64,000 bases of DNA from Heteronotia binoei (taxonomy: Eukaryota). Below the pieces are notes generated by a model. It worked only from the letters and a program-made list of their open reading frames with translations. It was not told the origin of the DNA and did no database searches. The translations under genes and the position numbers were made by a program. Of the stretch, positions 1 through 13,391 are shown in pieces. Positions within the stretch are counted from its first letter, which is position 1. Each line of letters opens with the position of its first letter. The DNA lies in the NCBI RefSeq assembly GCF_032191835.1, contig NC_083225.1, positions 54,188,001 through 54,252,000 of the forward strand. The letters run 5' to 3'.

Positions 1-389
1 AAATCCACAGTAACAACCATAAGAAACAAACCAATTTCAACAGAGCCCATAGTAATTTAGTAGTACAGCATACAAGTAACTAGTTACAATAATCGATGCA
101 TTTTGTGTAGCCACGTGTGGTTCCTTCATGAAGCCTCAGTGTTTGTATCCAGTATGTATGGAGAGTGTTTTGGTCAGCAATGAAATGGAAGGCTTTGCAC
201 ATGCTTTTAGTAAAAGAAACTGGCTTACTCCATCATATACAGCTCAACAAAAGGAAGACATTAATAAAACTGATTAAGTGGCAACACGAAACGCGTCTAT
301 TATTAGTTACTTGTATGCTGTACTACTAAATTACTGTGGGCTCTGTTGAAATTGGTTTAATAGTTTCTTATGGTTGTTACTGTGGATTT
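1..389. mobile_element. Penelope-like inverted repeat (arms ~1-112 and ~279-389) with a hammerhead-like motif
   Basis: Arms are near-perfect reverse complements; CTGATTAAGTGGCAACACGAAACGCGTC at 270-297. Confidence 0.7.
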
Positions 390-1116
390 TTGCATCAAAG
401 ATATTTGTAAATTTAAAAGTAGTTTTATGTTTTAAAAATATGTAAATTCAAAAGTAATTATATATAAAAAAGTATGATAGGCTGTTTACATCACAGTTAT
501 GTTGTTTGTTTCTTGTAGTGCATAAGATTCTGGCATTCTACTACAAGTGCTTTTAGAGCAGAAGGACAGCAAGAAGGAAAATGATCTTTATGGAGTTCGA
601 TTCACACATATGGAGTCCACATGCACAGGGTTTTCACATGGCTACTATGCACATAACTGATCACTGAGGCATGAAAATGGCTTGTTCTGTTGGACTCTTA
701 CTCTCATTTGATAGAGGTGATACATAAAGGTTTATAACATAGTTTTGCTGCTTACGTAAGAATTTGTCCTGGCATTACTTTTATGCTCAAAGCAGAGAGA
801 TGGTGCAATCTGTGAACTTCCTTTCATCCTGTTACTCATCCCCCCCCCCTTCTCGGTGATGTGGAGTCCTATGGTAGATTAAAATTCTTACCCTGGATAT
901 CTCTGTTTATTAAGTACTTATTTATTTACATGTTTGTGCCCTGCTTTTCTCCACAGAGGAGCCCCAAAACAGCTTGCTTACAACATTGTTTTTCCTACTT
1001 TGCTTTATCCTGAAAACACCCACCCTGCACAATGGATTGGGCTGAAACAATGACTAGCCCAATTCCATCCAGTGAGCTTTCATGGCAGAATGAGGAACCC
1101 AATCCTAGTCTGATGC

Positions 1117-1227
1117 CAGGGCCGGCCCTTCCACTAGACATATTAGGCGATTGCCTACGGCATATGACTCAGTGACATTATCAGTGCAGAGTTGCTTAGG
1201 GTGCCAGACAGTCTAGAGTCAGCCCTG
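1117..1227. mobile_element. hAT MITE (111 bp) inside a MIR/CORE-like SINE (~920-1250)
   Basis: CAGGGCCGGC...GTCAGCCCTG termini; exact 8-bp TSD TCTGATGC. Confidence 0.85.
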
Positions 1228-3387
1228 TCTGATGCTCTGCTACACCAGGACACCATAGCACCTATTCACATTCTTCCTCTTTTTTATAGACAGAACGGTG
1301 ACCCTTGCACAACGGCATCTGAGTGGCTATGCAGATTTTTTTTTAAACCATTTTGGTGGCAACTACCTCTGTAGTGTTGGTTTTGTTCATCTCATTCCTC
1401 TGCCCCAGTGTGTTTTTTAAAATTACCCCTCTTCTTCTTTCCACTTGAGCTTTCTCTGTGTGTGTGGCTTCACCTCCTGTGGCAGCCATTTTGTGATTGC
1501 ACCCACCAAACTCAGAATTCAAAGGTGCTCATGGTCTCAAAATGGCTGGGGTTCCCTGCACTACATTAAGCTGGCCTCTTAATTTAGTCCATATGTCTGC
1601 CATTGTATGGCTGAAGTACTACTTCTTCAGGTCTGCATGTGTGTGTGTGTGTGGGGGGGTGTCACTGTTTAGACTATCTTCCTGCATTTATGTTAAGAAA
1701 TCTGCTGGGAGATTGCAAAGGGCAAAAGTGAGTTTTTCTGCCTTATTAAATAGTGTTTGACTACTCTTGATATCATGATATGACAGTTTTATTTTTTAAA
1801 GCTCTGTCATTTGAACTATTTGCAGCGCCTACAGCTCCCACACTCATGGATGGTGGCAGTTATTGGTTCTTGTATGGAGTACATGGCAGTTTGCTTTTGT
1901 TACCATTTGACAGCTTGTACCCCACAATGTGCACCTCCATCAAGTCTACATAAATTAAAACTTTCTAGGAGGCTCCATCATTGGAGGGAAAAGTATGATG
2001 GCTGGGAGAGCAAGCAAGCGTAGATATTTCCGGGGGGGGGGGGGAGGGGTGGAAAGAAGTCATCTCCAGTTGAAGCAGATAGTATTGCTTTTGCCTGTTT
2101 TAGGGATGTAATGAATAGGCTGGAGAAGCAGCAAGTTACATTTTATTAACTCAGGTGTTTCTTGGTATAACAAAACATAGGAGGCTGTAGTAAAATGTGA
2201 GTAAATGGTAAATTATCCTTTGAAGAGAGAGCCTGGAGCTGTTCCCAAGCTGCCAGTGGAAGAAAGGCCAAGGGAAGACTAAGCTTCATCTTCCCAGTGC
2301 AGTCTTGCCCTCACAATGGCAAATTAGACTACACCAAGATAAAAGGGTGCCTTCTGTAGGATTTGAACATTTTGTTTAGGTTTTGTGGTTTGGCCATGAT
2401 GAAGTATGTATTTACATACAACTGTTTAGAACTCATTCTGCAGGTTCTACCACAAAAAGTCGCACAAACCCTCATTATGGTCAGCACTCCATGATGGGAG
2501 GAAATTCTATGGTATGTGCTTGGTGAAATCTCAGTAAATTTGGAAGCTCCACACTTAAAATGATGAGTGGTTTTTAAAAGGCTTAACTCTCCTACTGATG
2601 ACATAGGAATTGGCAATTTGACCAGAATTATAATTGTGCAGTGCTTAACCATCTGCCTAGTTTTCCGGTAGATTAAACAGAACCTGAGATCTACCCTGAA
2701 TGTTTATATTAATGATTTATGGAGGCCCCTTCTTATCCATGTAGAATCCATAATATTTATTTCTAGACTCCATTTATCATCCTCCTTTCTTGTTGATATT
2801 TGAGACAGGTAACAGAATTATAAAAGAATGCAATAAAGGTCACTGTAGTACATAAAACACAAATGATTTCATGATTAGAGAACAATTATTGGAACACACA
2901 GTATAGTATAGCTAATAAACAATACACTGATTTTTTCAGACAATTGACTGAGCAACTTCTCCCAGAGAATGGTGTATATCGTTGGTGCAAGGGCTGTAAA
3001 AATGTAAAATGTAAAAATGACCTGTATCTTGTCCTACCAGCAGCTGCAATTGAACTGTTAATATCAAAAAGACTGAAAAAAACAAGAATATTTGCATTCT
3101 TGGACAGTGCATTCCTCTTAGTATTCAACTTGTTTAATAGGCTAGGCAAATGGCATCTTTTTAAGAGCTGCCATCTTACAAAAAAAAATAACCCAGTCCC
3201 TTTAATGAGATTTATCAAGTGATGTTACTTACCTCCATGCCATGAAAAGCTTCAGCTGCTCACTTCCAAGCATCAAGCCTCTCTTAAAGGGATAGGCCAT
3301 ATTTTCTCTGGGCCCGTTGGCAGCCATACATTATACATGTGCTGGCATTATCAGGCCTCAGTACTCCAGTCCTCCCCATTGTTTGCT

Positions 3388-3573
3388 TGCTTTTCTCCCC
3401 ATTGTGGACCCAAAGTAGTTTACATTGTCCTCCACTTTATCCTCTCAACAGCACTGTGAGATATGTTAAGGCTGAGAGAGTATGACTGGCCCAAGGTCAC
3501 CCAGCAAGCTTCCATGGCACACCTGAGTCTCCTGGATCCTAATCTGACACTCTAACCACTTCACTGTACTGTC
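3388..3573 (-). mobile_element. MIR/CORE-like SINE remnant
   Basis: ggctgagagagtatgactggcccaaggtcacccagcaagcttccatggc core-like segment. Confidence 0.65.
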
Positions 3574-5029
3574 ATTTGTTGTAAGTGCTTAAGGGATTCT
3601 CTGCCTATCACAGCAGGAGCCAGACGTGTAGTTGCAACTTACTGTAGTAATAAGTTTTGCCTTGTAAACAAAGTGTTTCTCCTTCCAAGGCAAGCACTTA
3701 AGGTGCTGAACTCATCCTGAGTGTTTTCTCCGCTTATAAATTTGATGCTATACACTGCTCAGTAATTTATCCCCCTATTAACCTCTGGGCAGCCAAGAGG
3801 GGAGGACTGGAAGAAAAAATCCTAAATTGAGGCCAAGTCAGCTGGAGGGGCCTCTGTCATGCTGTAGTCCTGGAATGTTTCAATTTTTAACTTGCAGTTC
3901 TGCACTGCTACCACTAGAAGGCAGAGCAAAGTAAGCTAAAATTGCTCTGATTCTTCTGACTCCACCTTTCTGCAATGTTTACTAAGAGGCTTGCTTCTCA
4001 GATCCTGCTAAACCCATCAGCCGAGTCAGAACTGGAGCAAGGCAAAACCAAACAGAACAAGCTACACTACCAGGATGCAGCCTCCTAACAAAGTCATTAT
4101 CTCCAGCAGTCCATGGTTTCCCTCTTCCTTTGTTCCATTCAGCTCCACAGTTTTGTCTGCCCAGCTGGATCTTGCAAAAGGGGCCCCTTTTAGTGTGTGG
4201 GTGCAAAATAAAAGTGTTTTTAAAACTCTTTCATTGTCTCTTCCTTAATTTCTCTTTTCCATACTTGTGCTCTTTCTTTCATAATCTGCCTTCTTTCCTC
4301 TCCCTCCTTATAATCTCCTTCCCCTATTTTCAGTCTTGGTCTCAACTTCTCATTCATCCTGGTTGGCAAGTCAGAATATATTTAATAGTAATGTGGCAGC
4401 AAAGCTTTGTTAATATTAACGAATGGAAGGATGGAGTTAATATTTCCCCATGATGTACAAAGTAGTAAAAGGATGCTTCTGTTCACCCTTTACATGCATG
4501 GTAACATAATGTTAATCTGCCTTGGTGGTTATAAATGAGGAACAGAAGTTAGAATGTTGCTTAGCCTCCATTGCAAATAGCATGGGGTGGGAGGCTGTCT
4601 GGAGATAACATCAACCAGAATATTCCAGTTCCTTTCATTTTTGGCCCTGAAATTACATGATTATTTGTTGGCAATTTTCAGATTCCTAGTTTTACTTTTT
4701 GATGAGTTATGCCTAACGGATGAATGGGCATGCAAATTTTAAAAATTATTATAAATGCATGGTAACAGCCAGCCAAGTGATTTGTTTTGATTTGGATCAG
4801 GGTCATTGCGGGGGCCAGTGTCAAGTGAAATCTTTGTCCAGGGACCTATGATGGTTCTTGGCAGCCCTGATTGAACCAAGTCAAGAAGCATGTAGGATTA
4901 CTTGGACTGATAACACCATGCTGTTGTGAACCTGCATTATAAGCTTATAAATAACAACTTGCATATATGACTGGGCTAAGTAAAAACTTACAGCAAATCA
5001 TCCATGCATAGAACCTTCTGTAAACTGGA

Positions 5030-5170
5030 AAACCATGGCAGGGTATGAACTTTCATGAGTCACTCACAAGAGCTCAAACCCTGCCCCGTATTTTGTTAGT
5101 CTTTATGGTGCTACTGAACTCTTGCTCTTTTCTACTACTACAGACAGATTAACTTGGCTACCCATCTTGG
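5030..5170. mobile_element. Penelope-type terminal-repeat remnant with hairpin
   Basis: ggcagggtatgaactttcatgagtcac...gagctcaaaccctgcc...ttagtctttatggtgctactgaactcttgctc. Confidence 0.6.
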
Positions 5171-5794
5171 AAAACTGTGGTAGTCTCTCCTTTTGACCAT
5201 TGATGAACCATAAAATGTCTGGGCAAGTAAGGTATTTTGTATTTATATAATTGCAACTTTTGGTTGCATTTAGATGGTTGAGATGGAAGATCACCTTTGG
5301 GGTAGACAGCAATCTGAGACACACACTTTAAAAAAAAACTTACCAATTCAATTAATTTATTTTGTTGCACATAGCTGCACATGAAAGCTTATACCCAGAA
5401 TTAAACTGTGTTGGTCTTAAAGGTGCCACTTGACACAAACTGTTCTGTTCCTTCAGACCAACATGACCACCCACCTGAATATAGCTAGACCAGTATCCTT
5501 GTGGTAACTCTGTGCTGTTTGTATGAAATACACAGCTTGATATAATCCACACCAGACACCTGTGTGACATTTTTGTATTTTTCTTTAGGAAACTTTTTTC
5601 GGGAGGGGGTGTGATTGGAGGTAGAATGATCAGACTTGCAGCTGTCCCTGAATGTACAGAATTGCTGATGATTTTCTTGCCTTCCAGTGTGTTTTGGAAA
5701 ATCATGATAGCACCCTCTAGTGGCTAAAACACTGTTCAAATCGAAGAGTAACACTGGTGAGCTCACTTTTTGTTTGTTTTTAGTGTGTTCTTCC

Positions 5795-6280
5795 CAGGCC
5801 TGTAGCTACAGGGGGGGCTGTGGGACCCTGCCCCCTCACTTCCTGAAGGGTGCCCAAACTTAGGTGCCCCTGACTTTCCTTCCCTCCCCTCCCCATGCCA
5901 CTGCTGTGGAGGTGAAAGCTGAGAAGCTGGGGGCTGCTCCCTCCCCCCGTGATTTAAATTGCAGCAGGAGGTATCAAGGAGCAGCTGCTGCCCCTCCCAC
6001 ACCATTTAAGGGGCCTGCCAATCTACTGTGAGCCCCTAAAATGGTGTGGGAGGGGCAGCAGCTCTCCTAGGTACCCATCTCATGTAATTTAAATCACAGG
6101 GGAGGAAGGGGTTGGCCCCGGCCTCTCAACCTTTACCCCTGTGGCCCCTCAAGTGGTGGCAGTGGGACAGAAAGTCCTGCACCCTGAGTCATTGTGGCAG
6201 CAGCCAGGGAAGGGAAGCTGCTAAGTGCTCCCTGACTTTTTTACACTCCCCCCCCTTTTAAAATCCTGACTACAGGCCTG
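5795..6280. mobile_element. hAT non-autonomous element (486 bp) with a long internal hairpin
   Basis: CAGGCCTGTAG...CTACAGGCCTG terminal inverted repeats; exact TSD GTTCTTCC. Confidence 0.9.
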
Positions 6281-7637
6281 GTTCTTCCTGCTCCTCTGTA
6301 CTAAGAGACCTTTGCACGGTGACTGGAAGATGAAACTCATGAGCTAATGATAATGAACTATCCTTCTTCTTTCTTGTAAATAGATTCAAGTGTGCAGATC
6401 TGAACCAATAGAACAAAGTTGGAGTCCAGTAACACCTTTAAGACCAATAAAGTTTTTTACACCATTATGAGCTGTTCCAGGTTTCCAATAAATCTTGAGT
6501 CCACTGAGTAGGCTTTGTCAGGCCACTGACACCAACAATAACATTGGCATACTTTCAAGGTTACTGTAAAGATCACAGATTGTATATATGGCATGTTATA
6601 AAAATGTAGGAAGAGAAGTATATGAAATACAGCAGTATGAGCTACTGGAAGATCACCAGCTGCTGCAGAGTAACATATGAGCCCCTTGGAATATTCAGGG
6701 AAATATTAAAGCTTATTTGCTATGTTAAATGTTAAAGCTTATTTGCCATAGGATGTTTCTTTATGCTGTTTAGCTGATAGGTTCCTTAGTGGTGTTCTTC
6801 TTAGTACATGTTCTGTTTTTAGGGCAGAACAAAACTTGGTAGCATACTGGGTGGTGGGGGGAAGGGGAACTTTTTTCATTATTATTGTTATTAGATCTTA
6901 TTAGAGGTAGGAACCACTTGAATTTTGGTGATTTTTGTACTGCAATTTCTTTCCAAGCCTACTGTGAAATCTTGCAGGCCAAAGTATCTTGAGAATAAAA
7001 TTATCAGAGCATCAACCATTGCTTGGTTGGGGGTTTTCAGTATGCAAAATGTTGCTTTCTACTACAAAGCCAGTAGCAGTTTTAAACCAGTCTTGGGCAA
7101 TGCCAGATGTTTATGAAGAATGACACAGTCATGATTAGTTGATGTCAACATCACTATATCTCTCTTCCTAGTCAGGATCCACTTCATTTCTCAGAGGGCT
7201 GAAGAGGTTACCAGCTGTAATCAGCAAGTAGGTGAAATCCCAGTCTGTTTATGGCCTGCAGCACAATGCCAGCCAGGCCGCATCATTGGACAGTTTCTCA
7301 GTGCATAGAATATGCTGCTGATTCACCAAGTCTGAATAATTTCTTGGACAAGTGAAATTGCGGCCTACATTCCACCCTGTGAGTCACACCCAAATTACAT
7401 CCTTCCAGTCTGGAAAGCAGTGTGCGTGAGAGAGAAATCACGTTTTGGGTTTTCAGGAAGTGCATGGAAATCTAGGTGACGGTGTCCTCCTTATTAAAAG
7501 GGATGTTTCTCTTGCTCAATTTTTCACACATATCCTGCTCAGCCAGGGCAAATACAAATAAGCAACAGAAGCCATCCTTGTTTGGAAAGGAAAGGTTAAA
7601 AAAACCCAAAACCCGCAAAGGGATTGGCTTGATAAAC

Positions 7638-7875
7638 TGAATCATAAATTAAGAGAATTGGAAGGGGCCATACAGGCCATCGACCCTCTGCTCAATGCAG
7701 GATCAGCCTACAGCATCCCTGACACGTATTTGTGCAGCCACTTCTTAAAGACTGCCAGTGAGGGGAAGGTCACCACCTCCCGAGTTAGCCGATTCCACGG
7801 TTAACCAACTCTTACTTTTAAAGTTTTTTTTAATATCCAGCCAGTACCTTCCCACCCTTAACTTAAATCCATTAT
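7638..7875 (-). mobile_element. CR1 3' fragment
   Basis: Reverse complement of a CR1 3'UTR and ORF2 end (gaatcataaattaagagaattggaagggg...). Confidence 0.75.
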
Positions 7876-8597
7876 TGTGAATCCTGTCCACTGCAATATT
7901 TGCAAGGGAATGTTTTTACAAGCACAGCTGAAATGATGTGGTACAGAAGATTCCCACATGATGTATAAAGCGCCATCAAGTCGCAGTCCACTTGTGGTGA
8001 CCCCCCAACAAGTTGCATTCAAGGCAAGAGAAAGGCAGAGGTGGTTGGCTATTGCCACATGGAGGGTGATGCAAATACAGGTGCACATCTGAGTAGCCCT
8101 TCCCATCTCCACAGTAATGCTTAGCTGGACCCATTGGACTGTCTGGATTATTTTTTTCATAGAGATTATTATTATTAAGTTAATTTATGAATTGGCCATT
8201 CCCCACTCGTGCAGGGCTCTTGTCAATTTGCAATGAATAAAACCAGTTTAAACCAGAATCAAGTAATAGCTACATTATTTCAGATGACATCAAAACAATT
8301 TTTATCCTGCTCTGGACTGTACCATAAACTTACAGGCAGGTGAAGGAGCAGGCTGAAACAAGGATGGAGGAGGAAAAGACAAAAGGTCAGCCCTGGCCCT
8401 AAAGATATTCAACTGTCCTCAACTAGAACCAGGGCTTTTTCAGCCCTGGCTCCAACCTACCAGCCCTGGTAGAACTCTCTGCCAAATACCACCAGGACCC
8501 TACAGGATTTGATGCAATTCTCCAAGGCCTGTGAGGCAGAGATGTTCCACCAGGCCTTTTGTGAGGATAGTAAGGGTTCAATCATTATACCTGTCAC

Positions 8598-8794
8598 CAG
8601 GGCTTTTTTGTAGAAAAAGCCCAGCAGGAACTCATTTGCATATTAGGCCATACTCCCTGACATCACCTGGTTTCACACAGGCTTCTTTGGTAGAAAAGGC
8701 CCAACAGGAGCCTATTTGCATATTAGGCCACACCCTGTTACACCAAGCCAGCCGGAACTGCGTTCCTGTGTGTTCCTGCTCAACAAAAGCCCTG
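8598..8794. mobile_element. hAT MITE, CAGGGCTTTTT family, with a duplicated internal unit
   Basis: Terminal inverted repeats; TSD cctgtcac/gctgtcac. Relatives at 14591-14772, 9335-9368 and 21491-21647. Confidence 0.85.
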
Positions 8795-11545
8795 GCTGTC
8801 ACCCTCCTTTTTTTCCCCTTCTCCATCCTCATTTTGGCCCACTCTTCACCGGCCTGCAATCCAGAGCCATAATATCCCCATATGGGAATACTAATGTTTT
8901 CTTACAGTTCATTGCCTGTGACAAGACCTGCATTGTAGCCAAAGCCTGATAAATTTTTTTGATGATAATAGTGAATTTACCTTGTTAACAAAATACATCC
9001 TTTCTCTCAAGTTAGAAAATCCATTTGATTGCTTTGATTGTTTGCCTGCAGTTTACATGAGACTGCATTTTGAGTGAGTTTCCATCTGTGTGCTTGGCCA
9101 CATTCAGCTTGGCCAAGCCAGCAGCTACTGATGCAAACAGTGCAGTTGTCACAATTGCTGTAAGCCACCTTGAACCCTGAAGAGAGGTAAGAAGCAAAAG
9201 TTTTCATCTGGGCTTTTTTCCCCCTGTCAGAGCCCACAGGAGCAGAGCTCTGCCTGGGCTGGCCAGGGTTCTGGCTGGCCCAACCCACTACGCAGCAGCC
9301 ACATGCTTCCAGGCCAGGTGATATAGTCTAAAATGCACAGGAGTTCTTGCTGGGCTTTTCCTACAAAACAACAACAACACTGGTTTTAATAAATAAAGCA
9401 AATAAATTTACTGACATGCTTGGACTTAATGTACCTCCAGAGTGGCCAAGAGCCACCATGCCCCCCTGACAAATATTCCCTCTGCCTCACACACACACAC
9501 ACACACACACCCCCAATTCCTAAAAGCCAACCAAAGCATCACGTTAAAAAAAAATCATCTGACTCTCCCAGCTCCATTAGTTCCCAGGGCAGCCAGGCCC
9601 TCAGGAATTTTGTCCCCCTAATCATCCTCACTTTTCTGTGCCTTGGTGCCTCTGTTCCTTTACTGGGGTTTGGATGTTGTTGTTGTTGTTTTTGCTATCT
9701 CTTCACAGACTTCCCCAACATACTTGTCCATCTCATGTACCTGTTATGTCTTGTCTATGAAGCAGATGCTACACACATATTTAAAATGTAATATAGTACT
9801 TTAACTGGGCTAGCCTGAAAGTGTGCAACCCAAACATAAAATAATTGCTTTTTGCAACTTTGGCTATATAAAATGTAAAATAATTACTGTTTGTGGCTTC
9901 AGTGCTATACAGCCTAAACCCACTAATCTGTAATTTACTGTGACTCTTTGTTTTTGGAGATGGGAACTGAAATAAAATGAAAGTTTTCAAGTCACAGCCT
10001 GGCTTTTGGGGGCTTTTATATCCACAGGATGCTGCATTATTGCAGAGTACTGTGCAAAAAATGACTTTTAGGATCCAGGTCTATCTCTGCTTTAAAATGC
10101 TGTATCCTTACTGACCTGAAATCACCCTTTGGCCCATTGCTCCATCTTTCATTGCTGTTTTAATATTTTAAAGATCATATTCAGCCTTTTACACTCCATG
10201 GGGACTGTCCAATGAAGGAAGCAACTGAAACACTGCTGGCTGCAACCAAACAGCTGACAGACACACCCTGGCACTGTGTTCCCATGAAATTTAGAAAAAG
10301 TTGAAGCATGGGCTAAGGGTGATACCATGGGCAGGGATGCTCACCAATTCAGTTTGTGTCCTGCTTATGGTAGTGATAATGAGAACCCAATGTTCAGTGC
10401 ACAATTCATTGGCTTCCAAACCGCTTGAATGTATGCAATGGCACAAAAAATACAACTGTGCAAGCGCACTTGAATACTTCTTTGTTTCAGCTGTCATCCT
10501 TTCCAGATCTGTTGCTGATCTGTTGCTGTAACAGCATTCTTCAACTGAAAGGCACACTGTTTTTTAAAAGTTTGACATTTTCAGTTGAGATTTCCTACTC
10601 TGGTATTTATGTGCCTTAATATAGCATAATTCAGTATCTGAACATAGCTCCCAAACTGTCTGGATGAATCCTGGTAAAAAAATCTTGTAATTAGTTCTTG
10701 AAAACATGATAGATGCAGCTGATTGCACAGACACAAAAGATATGCAAAGTATCTAAATCTCAGACATGTAAAGGATACATCTGGCTGTTCAGGTGCAATT
10801 AGGAGGTAAACTACAAATCATTCTGATCTGAGCTATATATGTCACTTCAGTGACCTGTCCATGATCTGGGGTGATATGTGCTTTCTGCCCCAGTGACTGA
10901 CATTTGTTTTACCATGTGAACAGAAGCATAAAGGCCACATCCATAATCTATGTTAAAATTGTAGTTTATGTACCAAGATATAACCTCCTACACTTGTACA
11001 AAGCTGCTTGACAACATGTTCAAGGCAACATCAAAGCAAACGGGCAAAGGGTCTCAACTCAAGAGTAGTCAGCAATTCCCGTCAAGTTCATTTGGTGATG
11101 ATGCTTGTGCTGAAGTTCTCTGAATCCATAGCTATAGTTTTTTACAGCTTCTGAATAGAAAGATTCTGGAGTGGTCATGAGCTTGGGGCATCACTAAGGT
11201 TCTTAGTCTGGGATTTCAATGAGCTCACAACAGAACAATTATTGTGAATAAGAAAAACAAAACAAATCCTGTGCTGCTAACTGAAATGAATGTTTCCACT
11301 TCCACGAAGACAGGCACCATTATATCTTAGGCCACATTAGACATCACAACAGACCACTTTTGGTGTGTGTTGGGCATGAACATGGTTTATTCATGTGCTC
11401 GCATTTCCCCCTCTCTATGTCTCTTGCATGTGGAGTATGATTGAAGACTTGCTGGTTTGAGTAGCCTTGAATTAAGCTCCAACTTGCATGGCAGCTGTGT
11501 GTTTATTAGGCACTCTCCCAGTAAGCATCTGCTAGTACTGGCAAC

Positions 11546-11751
11546 CAAATATTCCCTCTAAACTGTGAAGTCTTGTGAGCAAATGTTCTACTTTGTGAGC
11601 TACTGGCATTAAAGTTGTAAGCTACTGCATAAATCAGCTTGCTCTGAGGCCATATTTCCTGAGCTAAGACAAAAATGTTTGAGCTGGAGGTAAAAAAAAT
11701 TGTGAGCTAGCTCACACTAGCTCCCTCTAACTCAGCTTAGAGGGAACACTG
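11546..11751. mobile_element. hAT MITE (206 bp)
   Basis: ttccctctaa...ttagagggaacactg termini; exact TSD CTGGCAAC. Confidence 0.88.
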
Positions 11752-12883
11752 CTGGCAACTTTTGACAGCAAAAGTTCTTCGAAGTAGTTAAGTGACTGGC
11801 CTCCTAAATGCTATATATTGTCCTCAAGTTTTGTTTTTTAATAATTGGTGGGATTTGTATATTTCATGTAATATATTTTGCTGATATTGAATTTAATTTG
11901 AGTTTTGAATTTGAAATGAATTTAAAATACCTTCATCTTAATAGGACTTCATTGCATATTTTTTTTAAAAAGAAAAAGATTGGTTAAGATGGGACAGTGA
12001 AGTCCCATGCGTGGGAGTTCACTGGAACTGCATCATCCACTGTCTAGTATTTACAGAATTCCTTACCTTCATAAAAGTAGACAAACAAGTCTATTATAGA
12101 CATCTGGCCAGTTTAATCTCTGGTGCATCTGTAGACTGCATTATTCACCTCGTCTGCAATAGCCTGCAAGAAATCTAGGACTTTCCAAGTTGATTTTAAA
12201 AACCCTTATAGTCTTAAGATATAATTAAAATACGTCATATAATGGAAAACCTTTTAGATGTCAATATTGTGAGGACTTTTCACACAAAGGTTTCAGTAAA
12301 AATGGTGATTAAAGTTCACCATGACCCAGGGGAGTTGAAACAACCACATACATGACATAAAGCAAGTTCAACACAGCTGTGTTGCAATTATCCAGCAACA
12401 ATTTAAAACTCTCCTATCATCCTTTGTACTGAAGTGTACATGGTTACCACCACATTAGAATCCTGACTATGTGTACTAAGAGGCATTGTGGTTCTGAAGA
12501 TCAGGCATTCTGCCCTGGGAGTGAGAACTCCTTGCTTCCTAATAGACCATCATATAATATAAAAGCAACTGGGAACTCTCAGGAAGCTGCCTTACCAGCT
12601 GGAGACTGTTCTTGGTTATGCTGGACTGGAGAGTCTTTGACCCCTTTTCTGAGATTTCTCTTGCAGCTTGATACCACCGCTGACTCTCTGGTGATCTGCC
12701 TCTGAATTCTAACTTTTCCCTAATTTACTGTAATCAGCATTGATCACACCTTCTATAGACACTGACCTGAGAATGAGGGATATACATGTTTTAATATCAT
12801 CAACAATATCCAGTTTTGGAGGTATTGTCATCTTTCTGCCCCTCTGTCTCATAACAAATGTCTTTTGTTCAGTTTGTTGGTCT

Positions 12884-12998
12884 TTTGTTCAGTCGCACAG
12901 TCAAGTCCAACTCTTTGCGACCCCATAGACAAAGTCACATCAGGCCCTCCTGTCTTCCACCATCCTCCAAAGTCTGCTCAAATTCATGTTTGTTACAA
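12884..12998 (-). mobile_element. BovB (RTE) LINE 3' fragment
   Basis: gttcagtcgcacagtcaagtccaactctttgcgaccccat; 9-bp TSD TGTTGGTCT. Confidence 0.8.
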
Positions 12999-13391
12999 TG
13001 TTGGTCTCGGATGCTGCAAAATTGGCATTTTCATTAATCACTAATTAAAGCACAAGAATCTTGTGGTACCTTAAGGCAGATATGGAGCATAAACTTTCAT
13101 GAAGTAGAGCCTGTAAGAACCAAACATGTACTTTTGAAGAAGCTCTTAGAAGTTGATGCTACCATGCATTTGTTAAGGTGCCACAAGAGCCCTTGTTGTT
13201 TGGTTGGAAGAGATACTGCATTCAGTTTGTGAATACTGTATTCATAAAAAACAAGCTCAGAAATGAATATTGTTTTAAACATTATTTTGAATTAATAAAA
13301 GTAAAAATAGCAAGTAGTAGTCTTGGGGGATTAATAGCTAATTTAGAAAAAGTAGGAAGTGCTCTGAAATTTATTTGCCTCTGGCTTTTAT

